Source of the DNA: a virus
Direction: 5' to 3' (one strand)
UHGV virus genome: UHGV-0885813
DNA: 10,114 nucleotides
Made by a program: the position numbers and the translations under genes. The stretch's first letter is position 1; each line of letters opens with the position of its first letter. The notes under the pieces are model-generated. The model saw only the letters and a program-made list of their open reading frames with translations, was not told the DNA's origin and searched no databases. Shown here piece by piece: positions 1-6,339 of the stretch.

Positions 1-26
1 GCGCCTGCGTAATTACCGCTCACGCT

Positions 27-350
27 ATGGCGCTATCAGTAATGACTGAGGAATTAACAATGAAAACAATGAAGCTAAACATCGACCTCGGAAAATACGT
101 TATTACCGGAACAAAACACGATCTGATTCTTAGCGAAAGAGGAATTATCAAAGAAGGCGAGAATGCAGGGAAAGAAACACTAAGTCGTATCGGTTATTAC
201 AGCAAGTTTGAGCATCTGGTCAAAGAGTTATGCAACCGTGAAATCCTGTTATCTCAGGCGCAGACGCTACAGGATATTCAGCAGCATATCGAAACTTTAG
301 GTATGTCACTTAGCATGGCTATTGACCAGTTCGTTGAGAGTAAATCATGA
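27..350 (+). CDS. hypothetical phage early protein; true start may be ATG at 60 or upstream of the window
   Basis: ORF of 107 aa; GAGGA at 48-52 precedes the ATG at 60 (MKTMKLN...). The frame is also open back to the window start. No recognisable domain. Confidence 0.4.
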   Translation: MALSVMTEELTMKTMKLNIDLGKYVITGTKHDLILSERGIIKEGENAGKETLSRIGYYSKFEHLVKELCNREILLSQAQTLQDIQQHIETLGMSLSMAIDQFVESKS

Positions 351-507
351 GAGGACTTGCATACAATCCCGGCATTCTTCCGGCAGAAATGATTATTCGC
401 CAACGCGTAAAGCCAATGCCATCGAGAGAGGGATTGCTTAAGAGAAATTCTTTTCCATCAGTGAATCAAAACAAATATCTGAATGCGATGTTGCGGAGTG
501 GGAAGAA

Positions 508-1029
508 ATGAAACAAATGTCACTAATTGAGATGGATGGTTTTCTGAAAGGTAAATGCATCCCACGAGATTTAAAGGTTAACGAAACAAACGCTGAATAT
601 CTTGTGCGTAAATTTGCTGAAGCGGAGGCCAAGATTTCGGCTCTGTCAGAAGACCAACAGAGAGCGATTGAGTCAATTAAGCAGGCTGATGCAGCTGTTA
701 AGTTGGCACACGAGAAGTTTTCGGCGCTGGCTGCGGAGAATGCGGGAATAAAGTCTGCAATTCCAGAACCACGGGATATTGAGGACGACAATGACAATAT
801 GGATGACGTATCTCTTGCTGAAGATTTCGGGTTCAATCATGCAATAGAACTGATGAGGAGACGGATTCCTGAAACTCCGGCAACAGATGCTTTCCTGGCT
901 GAAGTACGGGCGCAGGGCGTGGAGATGGCTATGGAGCATATGCAGTCGAGCGGTTCGTTAACATTTGGAGATTGCTACATATCACTTAACGAGTTCGCCG
1001 CCGAGCTACGTAAAGGAGGCAACCAGTGA
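508..1029 (+). CDS. hypothetical acidic, coiled-coil-like phage early protein
   Basis: ORF of 173 aa with GGAG at 495-498 upstream of the ATG. Its stop overlaps the next start (GTGA at 1026-1029). No recognisable domain. Confidence 0.55.
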   Translation: MKQMSLIEMDGFLKGKCIPRDLKVNETNAEYLVRKFAEAEAKISALSEDQQRAIESIKQADAAVKLAHEKFSALAAENAGIKSAIPEPRDIEDDNDNMDDVSLAEDFGFNHAIELMRRRIPETPATDAFLAEVRAQGVEMAMEHMQSSGSLTFGDCYISLNEFAAELRKGGNQ

Positions 1030-1325
1030 CTGTATGTCTTATTGATAAACGTCGACGTGGGCAACAAATACCATCTGTTGAAATGCCGAATCACACATGG
1101 TTTTGCGTACTTGATATCGATGGTATGGATACGTTGATCGACACTCGTCATTACTGCGATACCGCAACAGCTACTCCTGCAAAAGCAAAGAAAATGGCTG
1201 CTCTGATAGAAAACTGGACTCCACCTGATGGTTGGTGCAATGGGAATGATCGAGATTGGCACGAAAAAATGAAGGGCTATATCTGCGATTTTTTACGTAA
1301 ATGCAACGGATTCAGGGTGATGTGA
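1026..1325 (+). CDS. hypothetical Cys-rich small phage protein
   Basis: GTG start preceded by AGGAGG at 1012-1017 with good spacing, overlapping the upstream stop (translational coupling). 99 aa; alternative ATG at 1084. Confidence 0.5.
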   Translation: MTVCLIDKRRRGQQIPSVEMPNHTWFCVLDIDGMDTLIDTRHYCDTATATPAKAKKMAALIENWTPPDGWCNGNDRDWHEKMKGYICDFLRKCNGFRVM

Positions 1326-1326
1326 C

Positions 1327-1770
1327 ATGAGCAAGATTGACTATCAGGCACTGCGTGAAGCGGCAGAAAAAGCAACGTGTGGTGAGTGGTCGCTCGAATA
1401 TGGAGAGGGCCGATTTGATGGTGATGATGCACTAATTCATCGCGAGGCTGCTGGATATATTCCCATTTGCAGAATTGAAGGAGCGCATCCTGAAAGCGGT
1501 TTCGATGAAGATTTCCAAATGGAACAGCAGGCCAATGCTGAATTCATCGCCGCAGCCAGTCCAGCTACCGTCTTAGCGCTGCTGGGCGAGCTGGAAACAG
1601 CAAAAAAGCGCATAGCAGAACTGGAGGAGCGGGAAATACTGCTCCCGGAACGTAGCAGCATGCTTCATCGAACAGATTTCCACGAGGATTACCAAACGGT
1701 AATGGCATACAAAGTTTCTGAAGTCATCGCTGCAATCCGCTCCGCTGGCATTCGCATCAAAGGAGAGTGA
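1327..1770 (+). CDS. Ead/Ea22-like family protein
   Basis: N-terminus MSKIDYQALREAAEKAT..GEW matches the conserved start I recall for Ead/Ea22-like lambdoid early proteins. ATG lies 1 nt after the upstream stop. Confidence 0.7.
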   Translation: MSKIDYQALREAAEKATCGEWSLEYGEGRFDGDDALIHREAAGYIPICRIEGAHPESGFDEDFQMEQQANAEFIAAASPATVLALLGELETAKKRIAELEEREILLPERSSMLHRTDFHEDYQTVMAYKVSEVIAAIRSAGIRIKGE

Positions 1771-1771
1771 T

Positions 1772-1969
1772 ATGGATAAAAACACTACTGCTTACTGGAG
1801 TCTGTCACTTGATACCGAATGTCCCAAATGTGGTCACAATTTCGATCTGCTTTGTGATCCAGATTTCTGGGAGTTTTCTGGAGCTAAACAGGCATGTGAA
1901 GAAATAAAAGGTTACGAAACATGCTGTCCAGAATGTAACCATGAATTTAAAACAGATTTTGTGTATTGA
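1772..1969 (+). CDS. small zinc-ribbon protein (CxxC...CxxC)
   Basis: 65 aa with CPKC and CPEC pairs. AGGAG at 1761-1765 precedes the ATG, which overlaps the upstream stop region. Confidence 0.6.
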   Translation: MDKNTTAYWSLSLDTECPKCGHNFDLLCDPDFWEFSGAKQACEEIKGYETCCPECNHEFKTDFVY

Positions 1970-1979
1970 GGCATAACAA

Positions 1980-2732
1980 ATGACCACTATTACCAAAGAG
2001 TTCACCAAAGAGCAGTTGATTGAGCAGGCTAAGAAGAATATTGAGGTTCTTCGCGGTGCGGTGGAAAGAGTCCCAGGCGCTTCTGATGCGGCGGTTATTC
2101 ACCTCAAGCTGGCCGAAATTACGCTGGCATCGCTGGAGGCAAAACCACTGGTGCCCGTCATGTATAAAGGAATGAAACTATTAACAAAAGAGGGGCTTGA
2201 GCTTATTCGTGACGGTATCGCGGAGGCTACGGGACTGGAAGCAATGTGTATGGCTGATGCTTTGCTGTCTGGGGCACCAGCGCCAGTAGTGCCGGATAAT
2301 GCATCAGGGCCTCTTGCTTATGCTTACAAAGAGCTTACGCCTGAGATTATGCGCGGTCATATCGCTGTATTCGAGCGATATGGAATAGCCACAAACGATA
2401 GCTCTACCACAATTCAGGCACTGCGAATCGCGCTGGATGGTATAGAGCGGAGCAACGCCATGCTTAATGGTGACGAGCCTGTAAGCCAAACTTACAAGTT
2501 GAACAAGCTGGCTGGCAACTCTCCGGTAACTCCGGATGGTTGGATAAGCTGTAGTGAGCGAATGCCGGATAAGTTAATTCCGGTAATGGTCATGTATGAA
2601 GACGGTGAGATGTGGTCTGCAATGTGGAATGGTAATCGCTGGGATGATGGCACCGAATATCCGGATCCGCACTCAGTTACGCACTGGCGTGAAATGCCAG
2701 CAGCACCGAAGCAGGAGGTTAACCGTAGCTAA
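1980..2732 (+). CDS. phage early protein with C-terminal DUF551-type domain
   Basis: 250 aa. C-terminus WISCSERMPDKLIPVMVMYEDGE..W.G.RW.....PDPHSVTHWREMP fits the DUF551 signature (W-x-S/C-x-E-x-P ... VTHW-x-P-x-P). GAGG at 1967-1970. Confidence 0.7.
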   Translation: MTTITKEFTKEQLIEQAKKNIEVLRGAVERVPGASDAAVIHLKLAEITLASLEAKPLVPVMYKGMKLLTKEGLELIRDGIAEATGLEAMCMADALLSGAPAPVVPDNASGPLAYAYKELTPEIMRGHIAVFERYGIATNDSSTTIQALRIALDGIERSNAMLNGDEPVSQTYKLNKLAGNSPVTPDGWISCSERMPDKLIPVMVMYEDGEMWSAMWNGNRWDDGTEYPDPHSVTHWREMPAAPKQEVNRS

Positions 2733-2769
2733 CCTGCAACTTGCCGTCAAAGGTGAATACTTCGATGCC

Positions 2770-3009
2770 ATGATTCGCGGAGATAAAACGGAAGAGTATC
2801 GCCTGTGTAATGACTACTGGAATAAGCGAATTATGTTCCGCGAGTATGACCGCCTGATTATCACAAAGGGATATCCGAAGCGCGACGACTTCAGTCGCAG
2901 AATTGATGTCCCATATGACGGATATGAAATCAAGACAATCACACATCCCCACTTCGGCGATAAACCGGTAAAGGTTTACGCGATAAAGGTGAATATCGGC
3001 AATGAATAA
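2770..3009 (+). CDS. ASCH/PUA-like small protein; start codon uncertain, homology appears to begin upstream of the first ATG
   Basis: Frame encodes ...NLQLAVKGEYFDAMIRGDKTEEYRLCNDYWNKRI..., which fits the phage ASCH-domain N-terminal pattern (L.L.LK.KWFD.I.SG.K.EEYR...YW.KR). The first in-frame ATG is at 2770; upstream in-frame there is only a CTG at 2734. Confidence 0.45.
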   Translation: MIRGDKTEEYRLCNDYWNKRIMFREYDRLIITKGYPKRDDFSRRIDVPYDGYEIKTITHPHFGDKPVKVYAIKVNIGNE

Positions 3010-3081
3010 CAATCCTAGCACTCGAGGGGATTTCTTTTATCTGAACTCGCTACGGCGGGTTTTGTTTTTTGGAGATGATAA

Positions 3082-3249
3082 ATGCACTTCCGAGTCACAG
3101 GTGAATGGAATGGAGAACCATTCAACAGAGTTATCGAAGCCGAGAACATCAGCGACTGCTATGACCACTGGATGCTGTGGGCGCAGATAGCACATGCAGA
3201 CGTAACCAACATTCGAATTGAAGAACTGAAAGAACACCAAGCCGCCTGA
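3082..3249 (+). CDS. small hypothetical protein (55 aa), not in the supplied ORF track
   Basis: ATG at 3082 preceded by GGAG at 3071-3074 with 7-nt spacing. Protein-like composition (MHFRVTGEWNGEPFNRVIEAENISDCYDHWMLWAQIAHADVTNIRIEELKEHQAA). Stop TGA sits in the loop of a hairpin followed by a T-run. Confidence 0.45.
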   Translation: MHFRVTGEWNGEPFNRVIEAENISDCYDHWMLWAQIAHADVTNIRIEELKEHQAA

Positions 3250-3261
3250 TGGCGGTTTTTT
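3241..3261 (+). terminator. putative intrinsic terminator (short GC hairpin plus T6)
   Basis: GCCGCC-TGAT-GGCGG followed by TTTTTT. The stem is only 5-6 bp, so it may be weak. Confidence 0.4.
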
Positions 3262-3306
3262 CTTGCCTGATTTGCAGGTTCGATTCCCTATTCGGAGATA
3301 GCACTC

Positions 3307-3507
3307 ATGCAACACGAACTACAGCCTGATTCACTGGTTGATTTGAAATTCATCATGGCCGATACTGGCTTCGGTAAAACCTTCATCTACGACCGGATTA
3401 AGTCCGGCGACCTGCCAAAAGCCAAAGTTATCCACGGACGAGCAAGATGGTTATATCGTGACCATTGTGAATTCAAAAATAAGCTCTTAAGCCGCGCTAA
3501 TGGGTAA
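3307..3507 (+). CDS. torI: AlpA/Xis-family recombination directionality factor (excisionase), TorI-like
   Basis: 66 aa. Central ...MADTGFGKTFIYDRIKSGDLPKAKVIHGRARWLYRD... fits the AlpA/Vis/TorI winged-helix family. It lies immediately upstream of the attP core and the integrase, and length and sequence match my recollection of E. coli KplE1 TorI. GGAG at 3293-3296. Confidence 0.75.
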   Translation: MQHELQPDSLVDLKFIMADTGFGKTFIYDRIKSGDLPKAKVIHGRARWLYRDHCEFKNKLLSRANG

Positions 3508-3522
3508 AATAGCGGGTAAAAT
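3502..3522 (+). repeat. direct repeat GGGTAAAAT x2 (12-bp spacing), candidate arm-type Int/RDF binding sites
   Basis: GGGTAAAAT at 3502-3510 and 3514-3522. The same 8-mer recurs at 3712-3720, and inverted as TTTTACCC at 3734-3741 and 3749-3756, flanking the core. Confidence 0.4.
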
Positions 3523-3580
3523 ATTTCTCACATCTAAAAAATATCATTCCAATCAATCCCCTGCCGCGCCAAGTAGATGT

Positions 3581-3595
3581 CTGCAGGGGACACCA
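3581..3595. other. attP core: 15-nt identity to the 3' end of tRNA-Arg(CCU) argW (CTGCAGGGGACACCA)
   Basis: Matches the T-stem 3' half, acceptor 3' strand, discriminator and CCA of argW as I recall it. Lies between the excisionase and the integrase, as expected for an argW-integrating element. Confidence 0.6.
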
Positions 3596-3690
3596 TTTAT
3601 CAGTTCGCCCCCATCCGTACCAGTCCGCAAAATCCCCTGAATATCAAGCCTTCCGTAGATTCACGGTTCGTCATGGTTCGCGTCAGATCG

Positions 3691-3720
3691 TTGACAGCCG
3701 CACTCCATGACGGGTAAAAA
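3691..3720 (+). promoter_or_regulatory. putative sigma70 promoter of the integrase gene overlapping GGGTAAAA repeats
   Basis: TTGACA at 3691-3696, 18-bp spacer, TAAAAA at 3715-3720. Overlapped or flanked by GGGTAAAAA (3712-3720), TTTTACCC x2 (3734-3756) and tandem TCAYGGTTCG x2 (3661-3680). Confidence 0.4.
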
Positions 3721-3756
3721 GTGGATAAAATAATTTTACCCACCGGATTTTTACCC
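3712..3756 (+). repeat. GGGTAAAA / TTTTACCC inverted-repeat cluster at the int 5' end (candidate arm-type sites)
   Basis: GGGTAAAAA at 3712-3720; TTTTACCC at 3734-3741 and 3749-3756. Same 8-mer as the direct repeats at 3502-3522. Confidence 0.4.
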
Positions 3757-4914
3757 ATGCTCACCGTTAAGCAGATTGAAGCAGCAAAGCCGAAAGAAAA
3801 ACCATACCGCCTTCTCGATGGTAATGGCCTGTACCTTTATGTCCCTGTATCAGGGAAAAAGGTATGGCAGCTTCGCTACAAGATTGACGGTAAGGAGAAA
3901 ATCCTGACTGTCGGAAAATATCCGCTTATGACTTTGCAGGAAGCAAGGGATAAGGCATGGACTGCGAGGAAAGACATCTCGGTTGGCATCGATCCGGTAA
4001 AGGCGAAAAAGGCTTCGTCTAACAACAATTCCTTTAGTGCGATTTACAAGGAATGGTACGAGCACAAGAAGCAAGTCTGGTCAGTAGGCTATGCAAACGA
4101 ACTTGCCAAAATGTTTGATGACGACATTTTACCCATCATCGGCGGTCTTGAGATTCAGGATATTGAGCCGATGCAACTGTTGGAAGTAATCCGCAGATTT
4201 GAAGATCGCGGTGCAATGGAGCGAGCCAACAAAGCACGCAGAAGATGCGGCGAGGTTTTCCGTTACGCTATTGTCACCGGAAGGGCTAAATATAACCCGG
4301 CACCTGACCTTGCAGACGCCATGAAGGGATACCGCAAGAAGAACTTCCCGTTTCTTCCTGCAGACCAGATCCCGGCATTCAACAAAGCACTGGCAACATT
4401 TTCAGGAAGTATCGTATCGCTCATTGCGACCAAAGTTTTACGCTACACAGCCCTAAGAACGAAAGAGCTTCGTTCCATGCTATGGAAGAACGTCGATTTT
4501 GAAAACAGGATTATCACCATCGACGCCAGTGTGATGAAGGGACGCAAAATTCATGTGGTCCCGATGTCAGACCAGGTGGTTGAACTTCTCACTACGCTAA
4601 GCTCCATCACCAAACCAGTATCAGAGTTTGTTTTTGCCGGGCGCAACGATAAGAAGAAGCCAATCTGCGAGAACGCGGTTCTACTTGTGATCAAACAAAT
4701 CGGCTATGAGGGTCTGGAAAGCGGTCACGGATTCAGGCATGAATTCAGCACGATTATGAACGAGCACGAATGGCCTGCTGACGCTATTGAAGTGCAACTG
4801 GCACATGCCAACGGCGGATCTGTGCGTGGAATTTACAACCATGCTCAGTATCTCGATAAGCGCAGAGAAATGATGCAGTGGTGGGCGGACTGGCTTGATG
4901 AAAAGGTGGCTTAA
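3757..4914 (+). CDS. intS: P4-family tyrosine integrase, IntS-like (argW-specific)
   Basis: 385 aa from the ATG at 3757 (MLTVKQIEAAKPKEKPYRLLDGNGLYL...). Shares P4/CP4-57 integrase hallmarks (..KQIEAAKPK.., C-terminal ..MMQWWADWLD..). The ORF track's GTG at 3721 is an alternative start but falls inside the promoter/repeat region. Confidence 0.9.
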   Translation: MLTVKQIEAAKPKEKPYRLLDGNGLYLYVPVSGKKVWQLRYKIDGKEKILTVGKYPLMTLQEARDKAWTARKDISVGIDPVKAKKASSNNNSFSAIYKEWYEHKKQVWSVGYANELAKMFDDDILPIIGGLEIQDIEPMQLLEVIRRFEDRGAMERANKARRRCGEVFRYAIVTGRAKYNPAPDLADAMKGYRKKNFPFLPADQIPAFNKALATFSGSIVSLIATKVLRYTALRTKELRSMLWKNVDFENRIITIDASVMKGRKIHVVPMSDQVVELLTTLSSITKPVSEFVFAGRNDKKKPICENAVLLVIKQIGYEGLESGHGFRHEFSTIMNEHEWPADAIEVQLAHANGGSVRGIYNHAQYLDKRREMMQWWADWLDEKVA

Positions 4915-5166
4915 TGCCATCTCACATAGTCCTTACATCATTGGTAGCATGATTAATGAAATGCGCAACCATACCAGGCACTTCTACCCATTCAATGGTG
5001 GCGCCAGCCCAATTATTGCTCCACAATTAAGAACATCATCGCCTTACTATGCTTCAGCAACGCTTGCATAAAAAAAAGTAATGTCTCTATCATCTTTTAC
5101 CAGTGTGACATAATTACATCAAAACTAAATGTATATACATTACACCATAACAAGGAATGGCATTAA

Positions 5167-5194
5167 TTACATGTTTACATTAGTATGCTAAAAT
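5167..5194 (+). promoter_or_regulatory. possible promoter for the acyltransferase gene
   Basis: TTACAT at 5167-5172, 16-bp spacer, TAAAAT at 5189-5194, about 30 nt upstream of the ATG at 5226. The region is AT-rich, so hexamer matches are easy to find by chance. Confidence 0.25.
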
Positions 5195-5225
5195 GCTGTT
5201 TTTTTTAGTTTGATAGGCTGATGCA

Positions 5226-6215
5226 ATGAACAGAAATGCCGGAATGGATGCTCTTAGAATCATAAGTTGCTTTATGGTTGTTTGTATACATACATGCCTG
5301 AATTATAAATATGGTCAAGATTCTCTCAACAACCTTCTCGCATTATTTGGTCAATCTTTATTCAGAATTGGACTCCCTGTTTTTTTTATTCTTAGCGGTT
5401 ATTTCATACTTAATTCAAGAGTTGACTTTACCGCAAGTTCTTTTTTCAAAAGAATAAAGAAAATTGCCATCCCTTTTATTTTTTATAGCATAGCCCACTG
5501 GTTTATAATAAATAAAGGAATGACAGTAAGTTTTTCTGGAGTGGCGGAATATATCAATGCTTTAACAGTAAGAAATTCAATATCTATACATTTTTAGTTC
5601 GTTTACTCACTAATTGGGATATATATATTCGCACAACCAATAAATTATCTTTTAAAAGATATTTCTATTAATGGTTCATTTTTTGGATTAATCATAATAG
5701 CTTTTTTGTTTCTATATAATGGTGACCTGCCTTCTATTGGTAATGTCTTACCTGTTTCAAGCGTCGATAAGTGGACTGCTTACTTTGTTGCAGGAGGTTT
5801 TCTTGCAAGGATAAAAGACAAAATATCCATTAATCAAGCTATTATATTAACACTAATTGGATACACATCCATTGTGTTTATTTCTGTTTACAATAGCAAG
5901 AACAATCATCCAATGCCATACGACTTCAGCATTAGTATGTTTGTTGCTTGTTGTGGAGTTGTCCTGCTATTTTCAAAATTACATATCAAAAACAGCAAAT
6001 TATTAAGCAATCTTTCAGAATCTACGTACGGGGCATACCTAATACACATTTGTATTTTAAAGTTATTATCTCCATTTTACTTTACTCACATTCATAAGCC
6101 CGGCGTAATAAATTATTTTTTTACCACATTTATTTTAGCGGTGTTTGTTTTTACAGTTTCTATAACCATATCATTGATGTTGTTACCTATATTTAAAAAT
6201 CGATATTTGAAATAG
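5226..6215 (+). pseudogene. oac: Oac-like O-antigen acyltransferase (acyltransferase-3 family) interrupted by an in-frame amber codon at 5595-5597
   Basis: Track ORFs 5226-5597 and 5706-6215 are in the same frame, and everything between them is open except the TAG at 5595-5597. The joined product (about 329 aa) is a multi-pass membrane protein with N-terminal ..DALRIISCFMVVCIHT.. and FFILSGYF motifs typical of Acyl_transf_3 (Oac/OafA). The TAG falls where the family has a conserved Trp (H-F/L-W-F). Markedly AT-rich by eye compared with int. Confidence 0.75.
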
Positions 6216-6304
6216 GACCTAATTAGCAGCAATGGAATCCTGTTGTTGTATTATTCTATTACGCTTGTCATAATACCATTGTTTAAACATTGTATAGTTT
6301 AAAC

Positions 6305-6333
6305 CAAAAAATACGCCTGCTAAACAGGCGTAT
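6305..6333 (-). terminator. intrinsic terminator downstream of the tailspike; hairpin shared with the convergent oac transcript
   Basis: 9-bp stem ATACGCCTG / CAGGCGTAT with a 5-nt loop at 6311-6333. On the - strand it is followed by TTTTTT (complement of the A-run at 6305-6310). Sits 7 nt past the tailspike stop. Confidence 0.6.
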
Positions 6334-6339
6334 TGCAGG

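Noticed and set aside
2596-2769. Upstream extension of the ASCH-like frame (MKTVRCGLQCGMVIAG...) overlapping the DUF551 gene
   Set aside because: It would require a 130-nt out-of-frame overlap with a well-supported gene, and the extension is Arg/Cys-rich with no family resemblance. Treated as alternate-frame noise, though the true start remains unresolved.
3002-3190. 62-aa + strand ORF (MNNNPSTRGDFFYLNSLRR...)
   Set aside because: Odd composition, no ribosome-binding site, and it overlaps in another frame the better-supported 55-aa ORF at 3082-3249, which has GGAG and a terminator.
3272-3287. Possible tRNA gene suggested by GGTTCGATTCC (T-loop consensus)
   Set aside because: No complementary T-stem 3' half, acceptor stem or upstream D/anticodon arms, so it is a tRNA-derived fragment (see finding), not a tRNA gene. 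No complete tRNA is present anywhere in the window.
438-3315. Minus-strand ORFs overlapping the early operon (438-836, 673-939, 975-1262, 1437-1661, 1573-1785, 1805-2008, 2304-2489, 2719-3021, 3037-3315)
   Set aside because: Each lies antisense within a better-supported + strand gene that has Shine-Dalgarno sequences and coupled starts. Sizes are short and none shows a recognisable motif.
3558-3589. Inverted repeat CCCCTGC ... GCAGGGG around the core, considered as a pair of core-type integrase sites
   Set aside because: The 18-bp separation is longer than typical core-type site spacing, and GCAGGGG is simply part of the tRNA-derived core. Noted but not called as a feature.
3850-4920. Minus-strand ORFs inside the integrase gene (3850-4074, 4681-4920)
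   Set aside because: They are antisense to a confidently identified integrase, so most likely shadow ORFs.
5706-6215. Track ORF with a TTG start that looks like a separate 169-aa membrane protein
   Set aside because: It is in the same frame as 5226-5597, separated only by the TAG at 5595-5597. It is the C-terminal part of the interrupted acyltransferase, not an independent gene.
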